From the human T2T-CHM13v2.0 reference genome, Homo sapiens, in assembly GCF_009914755.1 (NCBI RefSeq), contig NC_060947.1: 64,000 nt of DNA; one strand, given 5' to 3'. The position numbers and the translations under genes are program-made. The notes beneath the pieces are model-generated. The model ran no database searches. It had not been told where the DNA came from and was given only the letters and a program-made list of their open reading frames with translations. Below are positions 16,819-30,318 of this stretch, in pieces. Numbering within the stretch: position 1 is the first letter of the stretch; every line of letters starts with the position of its first letter.

Positions 16819-17475
16819 TGTTCCCGGACCAAACCGAGGGTAGGACTGCTATTTCTCGCAGCCCAACAAAAAGATGCAGATGAACTGGGGAGAAAGAGAG
16901 TTTTTATTTCTGTAACCGGTTACAGGGAGAAGGCCTGGAAAATATTGCCCAGACCAACTCAAAATTGCAGTTTTCCGGAGCTTATATATCTTCTAAGCTA
17001 TTAGTCTATGTGTAAGTGTGCATTCATCTAAAGATATAAGTGATGAACTTCTTTTAATCTATAACCAAGATCTGAGTCCTGAAGACCTTCCTCTGGAGCC
17101 CCAGTAAATTGGCTTAATCTAAATGGGTCCAGGTGCTGGGGTGATTACCCTTATCTTGTCTCCTGCTAAATCATGGAGGTTTGGGGAGTTCCTTCAGATC
17201 TCCAGTAAACTTGTTTGTGGAGGTCTGGGGAGTTTCTTCAGACCCCCAGTAAAACTTGTTTAATCCTAAACGAGTCCTGTTAAGAATCCTTCGTTATCAT
17301 GTCATGCTTCAAGGCCCAGGAGAGGCCTGGGCAAAACTCCTGATGGGCTTTTGTTCCATTCCAGCCTTTGTATGAGGACACTGGCTCTTTCAGCTTTTAA
17401 TAGTAACTTCACCACTCGGTCAGTGCCGAAACAGATGTCATGGAGGCCTGCGTTAGTGAGACCTGGCCTGCCACA
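16819..17475 (-). mobile_element. ERV1 solo LTR (LTR15-like)
   Basis: TG...CA termini; 4-bp TSD ACCC at 16815-16818 and 17476-17479; minus strand begins TGTGGCAGGCCAGGTCTCACTAACGCAGG; minus-strand TATA near 16985 and AATAAA near 16905. Confidence 0.85.
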
Positions 17476-18370
17476 ACCCGACTCCAAGACGTTAAGAGGG
17501 AGCTTGTGCTAGATACTAATATTGATTTTAAAAAATATTTTAGTACATAACGAAAGTTCTGGTTTGCGCCCTCTCTATTTTTGTTCTTGGGGAGCACATA
17601 TGCTCATTTTCGGGGCTTCCTTGCCAGGGCTCCCACTTCCTGTGGCTGAGTCGCTGTAATACGAAGTAATAGAAATCACAACGTCTCTTCTGTTCCAGGG
17701 TCAGAAGCCCCTGTGGTCCCCAGGCAATCCCAGGGAACCCAGATACCTCTTTATTTCTCTTTGTTCACAGCTTAGTTTATTTTTAATAAGATAGCTGTTT
17801 TAGGATCCTATGTGGAGGATGTTGAATCAGTTTCTGGCTTAGGCATCAACTTTTTCTCACTTCAATTCTATTTGCCTTTTTGTCAAATGACAATAAACTT
17901 TCTTCTCTCATGAGTTGAGTCACATTGTTTAGTGGTGATTTTATATAAAAATATGTTTCACCAGATGGGTGATGATTTCCTAAGCATTTTGTTCTAGCAC
18001 AGTGACATAACAGTGCTATATCATATGTCATTGATATCTTTGACCATCACTTGTGACAATTCGTTTTCTTAATTTGGGGGAGGATTTTTAAAATCTCAGT
18101 AGAATTATTGTCCTCACCACTACTTAGACTACTTAAACAAGTAAAAAAAAAAAAAAAAAAAACTGTCCACTTTAATTTCCCTGCATTCTTTATACCAAAT
18201 TTAATCATTCCTTTTCCAGGTCATTGGATCTCAGTTATAAATGAGTCTAAGTTCCCAGTTTGGTCAAAATACTTATCGTTTTCAGTGGTGAGGGAGAAAC
18301 AGTCTTTTATCAGAGCAGTTGATGATAATTTTTAAAATACAGTAGTGAATAAACATTTTTTAAAAATTTA

Positions 18371-18787
<417 letters not shown>

Positions 18788-20528
18788 AAGATGACTCTGC
18801 CAGGTGCCTTCTGTTTTATCTAGTGACTGAGCTGTGCTATTTATCTTTGAAATGACACCTTTGGAGATGTCAGTTGCTGGGTTCCTGGTGAATAATAGAA
18901 CAAGCTTCCAAAGTCGGGGTTGTTACCTTGTGAGCCACTGTACAATAAAAAGTGCAGTTCTAGTTCTCTCTTTTCAGTAAATCTAAAGTGGTCCAGAGAA
19001 ACAGCACAGAGACTAAGCAATCTACCTTTTTATGAAAAGTTTTTAAAAATCCAAATGAAAGGATAAAAAGGCAAGCAACCCCAGAGCATGCTAAATAATT
19101 CTTTAGAATAATTAATTCTTAGTTCTACACTTGTCTGAACTACCCAGCAACACCACTGCCATTCCCAGGCCGGGGTGCCTGCATCTCTTGACTGGGCCTG
19201 ATGTCAATCTGATCTTCCAGCTCACACCTGAGGAGGATTGTGCTCTAGTAGTAATGACAGGATCATTTGAGTGGCTTTCAAAAGCAAGTGGAAAATACAG
19301 GCTCTTTACATGAATTTATTCCAGGAGCCTGTATTCTCCTGGGGTTTTAAACACAAAGAGGCTTGACTCGAATGTCAAGTTCAAAACGCCCTCTAGATTT
19401 GCATCATTGGGAGCATGAGCAAGAGAGGCTTCCTGGCTCGCTTCTCTGTGTACCCACTTTCTCTCTCGGCTGACCCTGATGAAGGATTCTAAGTGGCTGC
19501 AAATGGCAGGCTCTGTCAGCCTGTCTCCAAAAAGGCTTCTGAAGGAAATTTCTCATACCCTGGAAGAAAGTGTGGGATGAGACGAGTGGATGGGAAGCAT
19601 CTTAAGGTTACTTGCTGCCTTTTTAAACCCTGCTGGAGATGGTAACCAAGTCCTGGAATTCTTCCTGCAGCCTGGCGTGTCTGTGTGTCAGCTTGACCTT
19701 ATCTTTCTGAAGCAGGTGCACTGAGCCCATGTAAAGTGCACAGATGTCATGTCCTGCTCTCGCAGAATCAGCTATGCCACAGACTGCAGTCGTCTCATTA
19801 TGAATCTTCTTTAATATATTAATCTAAACGTATTCACCTTGCTTTCCCTGTCTTTCTCAGCTTTAAAAAAAACCCACATACACAAAGAGGCTGACTTTTA
19901 CCATCACTAACCTTGTCCAAGGTTAGGGGCGATTTGGGGACAACACATGCCCTAGTGACTGTTGGTTTAAACCGATTGCATTAATCAGTTTTGCATTTTG
20001 ATCAGTTGATCATGAAATGCCTATAATTACAAAAGTCACACATGCCATTATATGCACAAATGATCGGGATGACTTACACAGGGGTGGAGGGCTTCCTAGG
20101 AGGAATGCCTCTTTGGTTTTATGTAAAAGCTGTAAGGGCATTCACGTTCTGCACCTGATTCTAGTCGGTTCATGCATTTTAATTCTCTGTTTTTATCTGC
20201 TACATTTTGCCTACCCATGAAACATGTTTAGGCCTCTCTTAGAAGGTGTTTGAGAGCAGTCAGCTCCTCAGAAAATGATAACATTGTCCGATAAGTAGGA
20301 AATGAATCAATTATTTCATAATTATTCATTTGTTTGTGAATTAGTTTTTCCTAGCAATTTCAATATTTTGGAGTTTATTGAAATACAGAACTTACATTTT
20401 AAAAACTAACCATCCTATTCTGGTGTTGATGAATTCCCCTAATTTGGAATTCCTAGCAGCTTTTAAAGGTATACGTTGCATGCCATTATATTCTAATTTA
20501 AAGATTTTTAGAAAATGTATAGAGTTGA

Positions 20529-21276
<748 letters not shown>

Positions 21277-21555
21277 TCATTTAATTCTTGATTCGACATT
21301 TTTTGGACTTTCTGGAAACTGAGAAAATAAACTGTTAACTATGGTCCTACCAAGTTTGACGCTGTTCCTGCTGGCTGTGTGTGTGGGCGTCTATGTGTGG
21401 CTTCATAATCTTTCCTGTACATATTAACATTGTGTCTGCAGCCTTATGATATCTTCACCTTCTTAAAGCACATGGCAGCATAATTTCCGCATCACTTTTT
21501 CATTTGTGGTACATACAAGGATGCTTCATACCTAATGCCGTTTCCATCCTTTTAA

Positions 21556-21936
<381 letters not shown>

Positions 21937-22376
21937 CAGCGCCTGGGGACCAGACAGACGCATGTGGCAAAGCTCACCATCTTCACTACAAACACGCCTG
22001 AGAGTGGCACTGGGGAAACATAACTCCATCTACACCTTGGATTTGGACTGATTCTCCATTTTATCACCTGAAGGCTTGGGCCAGAGCTCAACAGCTACTC
22101 AACTGGAGGGGTGAGGGGGATAAGGTCTGTAGTATACAGACAGGAAGATGGTAGGTTTATGCCTTCTGTGGCCAGAGTCTTGGACTCATGGAAATAGAAT
22201 GAATAGAGGGGCATTCACAAGGCACACCAGTGCAAGCAGATGACAAAAAGGTGCAGAAGGCAATCTTAAAACAGAAAGGTGCAGGAGGTACCTTAACTCA
22301 CCCCTCAGCAAATACCTATGTCAACAGTATAAGTTACCATTTACTCTATAATCTGCAGTGATGCAATAACCAGCAT

Positions 22377-22382
22377 AATAAA
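22377..22382 (+). terminator. Candidate proximal poly(A) signal
   Basis: AATAAA about 440 nt after the stop codon. Confidence 0.55.
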
Positions 22383-24714
22383 AAGGCAATCACATAAAAA
22401 AGAGTTTAGTCGTCTAAACATAAGTAACTTTAAGGTGAATGAAAGATCTTCTTTAGGAATAATAGATGATGGTAAGTTCCACTTTGGTTATTGGAAGGCA
22501 AGTCATTATTACTGGTATTAGTTAAAACACATATCAAATGCTTGCTCTTCATCATATATATAGTTATGCATACATACACACACACACATACAGTATATTC
22601 TTTCCTCAAAAGGGTTAAGATGTCTAAAATAGGGACCTAGAAGCTTAACACTATTTAAGTAAATACAGTAGAAGCTCACAAATAGATTTCTTTGCACAAT
22701 GATTTTTTGCAAAATTTTACAGTAATAATAATCCCAAGGCAAATCTCTCCTGAACTGCTTTCCATTCCATAATTTGTAGTATAATTCTTGGATTCCACTG
22801 TTTTCTTTGGGGAATGGAAGTTCTGAATTAAAAGCCCACTGTGGAGATGCTGTGGTTCATGGAATCTCTTCCAGTGTAATTCAGAATCATTGGCCTAGAA
22901 AGTCTCTGATATTTGGAGGGGAACAAAAATCACTCACAAGCAATCCATGATCTATACACATAAGCATAATTTCCTTTAGTTCTAGTTAGTCATCAGAGAA
23001 CAGTCATGTATGCAAGTTTTGTGACTGAGAAATTTCTGTGCTTCCAATCCACAATGAGATGCATGATTTTGTTTTCATCCCATTTCCCCCAAGCCCCTGT
23101 AAATCAGGGAAAATGCGCAACTGATCGCCTAGGAGAGGGCCTCGTAGTGGCACAGCTGGAGATAGTTTCAAAGTCTAAACCACCAGCCCATCCTGAGGAA
23201 AGCCTCCTATGGAATGTAAAGTGCAATCATTTCTTCAGATATAAGACTTTCCCCAACAATGTGATTGGATTCCTTTATGGCAAAATCGAGAGAAGCTGCC
23301 ATCCACCTGCTTATGCATTTATCTCTTTTGTGGACTTGTCTGACCACCTTCTATTTGCCCAGAGTTTGCTCAATTCCAAGACAGTGCCCATGAATGGGAC
23401 ACCTGTAATGTAACCCACACAGCGGTTTGCAGAGAATGTTAGCCATGACTTGGGCTTTCTGAAAGTTGGCTATAATTTCTCTATCCCTACCCACAACCCT
23501 GGGAAGTTGGAGCAAGAGGGGCATACTATTGGGCTGGGAGGATTTGACAGCATTTCCCCAGTTGCCCTTTAAGTTCTTCTATTTCAAACGTTAATTTTGC
23601 TTCTCTTTCTAAAAAAAAAAAAAAAAAAGAAAGAGAAGAAAGAAGTGATTCCTACCCCCTACCTCCAGAGTTGTTGAAAGCTGAAAAGCATACAAGATTC
23701 TTCCTTTTAACTTGGATTTCTCGTTCCAGAAATTGTGGGATAATCTGTATTCTTGCTTTAGAAAACATTCTTAGAGAGGGTACTAGCTTACTGATGATGT
23801 GTTAGGATTGCTACTGATGCTGTCATGTGGAAACTATTTAAAGGCACTATTATAAATTTATCCTATAAGATGACAATGTTTACTCAAAGTCTAACATATT
23901 CAATGCAAGTAAGACTTTCTGAAAACACTTGATGATGTGGAAATGCTGCAGGATTAAATAACTTGAAGAGCCTTTATAGATTATATGAATGCCTATTTGT
24001 GTCTAGAACCAGTTATTTAACCTGTAAAATGTCAATAGCAAATGAAGGATGAAGTATATCTCTAGATGCAAATACATTGAGTTTAAAAGTGCCTCAAAAT
24101 AATTGAGATCACATTTCAGGACATTTGGAAATCAGGTCGATTTGTGGTAACTGTAGTCATCTTAAATTTCAAACCATTTACCATCTGAAAGTTTTGATTT
24201 GAATGTAAAACAGGAAATTGGAATTCCTTTGTCCAGGAGAAACCTCACAAACCTTCTTTAAGGCATAGTTTTGTTGTTTGTTTGCTTGTTTGTTGCAGGC
24301 TGTAAGGCATGGCTGCTTGTTTACAAAACATCTCATTCATATTACCTGTGGAGTTGCATATCCAAACCTTAGTGAGTTTTGAAGCTTTAAGCAAATTCTT
24401 TTAAAAAATTCTTGTATTTCTAGCATTACTAGATATTAAAAGTTAAGCAAATAGATTAATGACGTATACATAGGCATCATTTCACAAGGTCAGTAATGCT
24501 GCAGGAAAAGCAAAATTGCAATCTACGTATCTATGGTACTAAGGAAGTCCTGTTTTTCAAAAATGGAAGCCCACTTCTCAGATTTTTCTGAAGGGCATAC
24601 AATGAAAAGTGAAGGGGAAACACACACACGCAAAAAAACAAGTATTTGGCTTGTCACAGGAATCTGATTGCATTAAGTGAAAGGATTATTTAGAATATGT
24701 TAATGCAAAGCTAA

Positions 24715-24739
24715 AATAAAATTTTCCTTGGCAATTAAA
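24715..24739 (+). terminator. Candidate intermediate poly(A) signals
   Basis: AATAAA 24715-24720 and ATTAAA 24734-24739. Confidence 0.5.
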
Positions 24740-25642
24740 AATGCTGTGCGCTAATACCCTGCTTTCTATCGTGACTCAATTCAACAATGTGGGGAATGTT
24801 TACTACATTTCCAACTTGATGTCAAGCAATGGGGAATACAAGTTCCAGTTCTGCAAAGATTCGTCAACTTTCTTAGCTCAAGAGAGAGGCTGAGAAATGC
24901 AGAGAAGAATAAGACATAAAATAGCTCCGACCTCCATGATCCGAGAGTGGGAAAAGGCCCGATTATTACCCATAAGGCACACTCTCTAAGGCCTTTTAAG
25001 GGGCCTACAAAAATGTTTTATTTTATAATCAGAAGAAAAGGAAATGAACATTGGGGATTGAAAATCATATTGGTATTTGCACCAACATAGTCATAAAATA
25101 GTATGTTAATATGTTTTTACTTTATATATTTATATATTAAAATATATTTAATATGTTTTGCCTTTGTGGCCCATGAAAGTCTTACTGGGCCCTGGGGAAG
25201 GTATCCTACCCTGGTGAAGCAGCTGCTTTGCTCTACAAATACCTGGGGCAGAAATTTGATTTGAAAAGTATTATTCTCTCTTCTCTTTGTTTCAACTGGA
25301 TTCCTTTGGAAAACCAAACTAGTATCAGAACAAACCCCGAAACAGTAAGAAATTGGAGTGAGAAGGGCATGGTATTGGGACTAGGATCGGCTCTCATTCG
25401 ATCGAGCTATTCTCTTAAAATGACAAAAAGTGTCCATAAAGAGGCTGCTGGAGAGTGCGTGGCCATAGGGAGCCGACATGCCCGGGAGGAAAGGTGTTGA
25501 TTACATGGATACTTCTAAAAGCTAAAGCCTTGTTGCCTTCTCTTTAATGCCTAGAGAATGGGATGTGTGATGCAAATGCTCAAAACCTCTTAAATCATAG
25601 CTGTCTGACCTCTACGGACCTCACATCCATCTGAGGCTTCAT

Positions 25643-26117
25643 GGACAAAGATTCTCCACTTGGCCAAACTTTAGCCAAGCTCCTCAACCTTCTCCCAGGC
25701 CCAATCTGGGCACTTCCTTGTAAAATCTAGTTTTGGCAAGAAGTCTATTAGGTCAGTTTAGCAAGAACACCTAACCCCCCCATATCTGTTCAACCTCAGT
25801 ATCTGATCAGGCTCCTCAGCCTCCACCATCCCCCAGGTGATGTCTGGTCAACTGGCCTACCTTCAGCTAGAATCCTGTTAGGTCGGTTTAGATGAATGCT
25901 CCCTGATATTTCCTCTTGGTAATCTTCCATCCACTGCCCCTGACCCTGTTCCCTGTCTATAAATCCCCAGTTTTCCATGGTGTATTCAGAGCTGAGTCCA
26001 GTCTCTCTCCCCTACTACAAGTCCCCATTGCTGTGGTCCCCGTACCTGTCATGATGGTCCTAAATAAAGTCTTACTGTGCTTTAATAGGTAGCATTGAAA
26101 AATTTTTTTCTTTGACA
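25643..26117 (+). mobile_element. ERV1 solo LTR (MER31/MER67-like) in STS 3'UTR
   Basis: gGACAAAG...CTTTGACA ends; TSD TCAT at 25639-25642 and 26118-26121; TATAAA 25958-25963; AATAAA 26063-26068. Confidence 0.75.
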
Positions 26118-26292
26118 TCATTCATGACAACATGAAACCTATTGGGACAGCATGACTGTGCAGGGTCTTTAGAGCTCAGCTTTCTGAGGCCCTGAGCATT
26201 CTTGGTTTTCCGACATCGTGAACCTGTTCTGTGTTGCAAGATATCACTCAAGCCAGTGTTGCTTAATACCATCTCTTTGTGTAATAGATCTG

Positions 26293-26298
26293 AATAAA
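26293..26298 (+). terminator. Candidate distal poly(A) signal
   Basis: AATAAA with upstream TGTA, CA 12-16 nt downstream, then T/GT-rich tttactttgttgagt. Confidence 0.65.
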
Positions 26299-26517
26299 GT
26301 AATTGTAATACACCAATATTTTACTTTGTTGAGTATTATTTTAATGGGAGCCTTTCCAATGAAGGAAACATCAGCTTTCCTTGTTAGAATGCAAGCAGCT
26401 TAAAAACTACCCATGTCTTTCTGGAAAGGAAACATTGCCATGTAACTATGTATCAGTTTTCTAAGAACTTCATGGGCCTTCCATATAGGAGACCCTCAAA
26501 TCTGGGGGTTCATCTGA

Positions 26518-26882
<365 letters not shown>

Positions 26883-27389
26883 TAAGTTTATCTTACCTGG
26901 CAAACACATCACATCTTCAAAGTAGCAAATTGTATAATTTCTTACATACACTTTACACAATAAGCAAACACAGTCACTTTTATATTGAGGTCTGGGCTAT
27001 AAAATTTGCTTCACTGAGTATATGAGTATCTAAGGTTTGAAACTAAATTATACATGGGGATTGTAGTGTTTTTCTAAAGGTAAAATTGTTAATGAACATA
27101 TTTTTAGAAATAGGTACTTTGAATTGCTTGTCAATATTTATACTAATTTAACAATGGGTGCAAAAATAAATACACAAAGTACCATATTTACAAAGATATG
27201 CATATTCTCCAGTGCGCAGGGCCCAATGGTTGCTACATTTGGAATAGAAACTATCTCATGGTTCAAATATACAGATTCATCTCAGTGAGTGCTGAGCAAG
27301 ATGATATTTTCCTGTTTCCCTTATAGTAATGTTGGCACCATATGAGCCACTCGGGCCTGGCCATAAGTTTCCTGCATAATCCTCTATGG

Positions 27390-27906
27390 TGAGAGTCCCC
27401 ACCCCCAGGCCACAGACCACTACCAGTCCATGGCCTGTTAGGAACTGAGACACAAAGCAGGAAGTGAGCGGAGGGCAAGTGAGCAAAGCTTCATCTATAT
27501 TTACGGCCTCTCTCCATTACTCACGTTACCACCTGAGCACCACCTCCTGTCAGATGAGCAGCCACATTAGATTCTCATAAGAGCAAGAACCCTATTGTAA
27601 ACTGCACATGCGAGGGATCTAGGTTGTGCGCTCCTTATGAGAATCTTATGCCTGATGATCTGTCTCTGTCTCCTGTTACCCCCAGATGGAACTGTCTAGT
27701 TGCAGGAAAACTAGCTCAGGGCTCTCACTGATCCTACATTATGGTGAGTTGTATAATTATTTTATTATATATTAGAATGTAATAATAATAGGAATAAAGT
27801 GTACAATGAATGTAATGTATTTGAATCATCCGAAACCATCCGCCACCCCCAGTTTGTGGAAAAATTGTCTTTTAGTCCCTGGTGCCAAAAAGTTTGGGAA
27901 CTGCTG
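27390..27906 (+). mobile_element. MER1A hAT-Charlie element
   Basis: gtccatggcctgttaggaac..tagattctcata..gagggatctaggttg..gtccctggtgccaaaaag; 8-bp TSD CTCTATGG at 27382-27389 and 27907-27914. Confidence 0.88.
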
Positions 27907-27989
27907 CTCTATGGGTACTCTGCTTGTTGTCATTGAATACAGAAAATTGAGATAAGAGCTCAGAGGAGGGCCTAAGGGATGAATGGTAA

Positions 27990-28855
27990 TATATTAGTCC
28001 GTTGTCATGCTGCTAATAAAGACATACTCAAGACTGGGTAATTTATAAAGAAAAGACGTTTAGTTGACTCACAGTTCCACAGAGCTGGGGAGGCCTCAGG
28101 AAACTTACAATCATGATGGAAGGGGAAGCAAAAACGTCCTTCTTCACATGGTGGCAGCAAGAAGCAGTGCAGAGCAAAGGGGAGGAAAAGTCCCTTATAA
28201 AACCATCAGATCTCATAAGAACTCACTATCACAAGAACAGCATGGAGGTAACCACCCCCCATGATTCAGTTACCTTTCACTGGGTCCCTCCCATGACATG
28301 TGGTGATTATGGGAACTACAATTCAAGATGAGATTTCAGTGGGGACACAGCCAAACCATATCATTCTGCCTCTGGCCTCTCCCAAATCTCACGTCCTCAC
28401 ATTTCAAAACACAATCATGCTTTCCCAACAGTCTAACTCATTCCAGCATTAACTCAAAAGTCCACGTCCAAAGTCTCATCTGAGACAAGGTGAGTTCCTT
28501 CTGCCTATGAGCCTGTGAAATCAAAAGCAAGTTAGTTACTTCCTACATACAATGGGGATACAGACATTGGGTAAATACACACCCATTCCAAATGGGATAA
28601 ATTGGTCAAAACAAAGGGGTTACCGGCCCCATACAAGTCCGAAATCCAATAGGGCAGTCATTAAATCTTAAAGCCCCAAAATCATCTCCTTTGACTCCAT
28701 GTCTCACATCCAGGTTATGCTGATGCAAGAGGTGGGCTCCCATGACCTTGGGCAGCTCTGCCCCTGTGGCTTTGCAGGGTACAGCCTCCCTCCTGGCTGC
28801 TTTCATGGGCTGGTGTGGAGTGTCTGCGGCTTTTCCAGGTGCACAGTGCAAGCTG
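27990..28855 (-). mobile_element. THE1 (THE1D-like) LTR 27990-28363 plus truncated internal segment 28364-28855
   Basis: Reverse complement of TGATATGGTTTGGCTGTGTCCCC at 28341-28363; internal part is similar to 38570-39050. Confidence 0.9.
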
Positions 28856-28865
28856 CAAACATTTT

Positions 28866-28920
28866 ATGATAGTTCTTTGGATTTCAAAAAGATGATAGTT
28901 CTTTGGATTTCAAAAAGATG
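28866..28920. repeat. Perfect 26-bp tandem duplication
   Basis: ATGATAGTTCTTTGGATTTCAAAAAG x2 plus ATG. Confidence 0.95.
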
Positions 28921-30189
28921 CTTTGATTTACTGGTACTGTTTTAAATAGAAGTCCTGTGCATTAATTCTTTAAAGGCTATCAGCTGTGTGAAGGTGGAAG
29001 TCAGATAAACTTAAAGATAAAAATATAGTGGAGTCTACCATCAATTAATTGTGGCCCAGGATTGATTATAAGTGATTCTGCAATTCTAGTATAAATGAGT
29101 GAAAATGCAGAGTTGATTAATCTGAGCAACAAACATAATTATTACGACTATTACTAAATATTGAGGTTCTTTTGAAATATTGTATTTTGTTTCACTGGAT
29201 TCTATGAGGATAATAGATTTCAAAATATATTACACATATGGAAAGATGATGTTGTTTTTAATGGCATTTGAAAATTTTGAATTTTCCAATGAATATGTTT
29301 TTATAATATATTATTTGAATTCCCTATAAACTTTGTCACTTTTGAAATACTTTTTAAAATAGTGCCTGTGTAGTACTCTAGTAGATGCAATATTTTAGTT
29401 CTGTTGATCAGATCTTAGTCTTAGCAAAATATCAAACAATGACATAATATTTAAAGCCACGCTATTTCATCAACCTTTGAAATAATACCATGCAACTCGT
29501 GTTTAATATTTCTAATTAGTTCATGAGATTCTTGCATCTTGTGCTTTTCTTTCAAAGTCAGGTTGTAAACTATGCTGTTAATGCAAAGTGTAGGCTCTGT
29601 GTTAAAATCTGAAGGCATTCTGCAGCAAGGTTTGAAAGTACCCTTGTCTAGTGCCTCTCGGACTGATGTGCATGAAGGTGACAAGTACTATAGGAAAAGG
29701 CTGGGGAAAGTCAGAGCTTGAAATAATTCAGGAAAGGGCACTGGTGGCACTGGTGGCATTTTATCAGACAAGGGAAATGCATCGGGTCAGTAACTACTAA
29801 GAGAAAGCCGGATCAGACAGGCCATCCATTAGAGCTTGTATCAGGGAGAGCTGTTCACATTGTCACATCAGGGGCAGAGACAAAGTGAGCTCTGTAGCAC
29901 ATCCCATTGCACTGAAGGGAAGAAGAGGGCAGTGTCTGGGTCCACATGCAGGTGTTACAGGCAGGGATATGGATGGTGGTTGATGAGTCTCATGGATCCC
30001 AGACATGGTTCTAAGTGCTTCAGTGGATTCGTCTATTTAATCTTCACTGTACATCTGTTAGATAGCTGTTATTATTGTCCTCTTACATATGAGGATCCAG
30101 GCACAAAAAAACAGTACATACATTGCTTTATGCTTAGATTTATGGAATGCTTTTTTGGTTAATAAAAAAAGAAATGGATAGATTCATGA

Positions 30190-30318
30190 CCTTCTTATAT
30201 GACTGTGCATGCTGTGTACTGCACAACTCCAGGAGGCAGCATTAACATAATCCGCAGTGGGAAGAACATTTTCTAAATTTGTGCAGTGCACAACCTGTGC
30301 CACCATATGTAGCAATAT
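30190..30318. mobile_element. MER91-like palindromic MITE
   Basis: gctgtgtactgcacaactccagg...ttgtgcagtgcacaac inverted arms. Confidence 0.6.

Larger units (their letters stand above)
21937..26315 (+). other. STS: STS 3'UTR (longest predicted form; end approximate)
   Basis: Follows the stop codon and is mostly repeat-poor. STS is known to have multiple mRNA lengths from alternative polyadenylation. End placed at CA dinucleotides after AATAAA 26293-26298. Confidence 0.7.

Noticed and set aside
23611-23628. A-run in the 3'UTR as an mRNA end
   Set aside because: A genomic A-tract with no upstream AATAAA; more likely an oligo-dT mispriming site.
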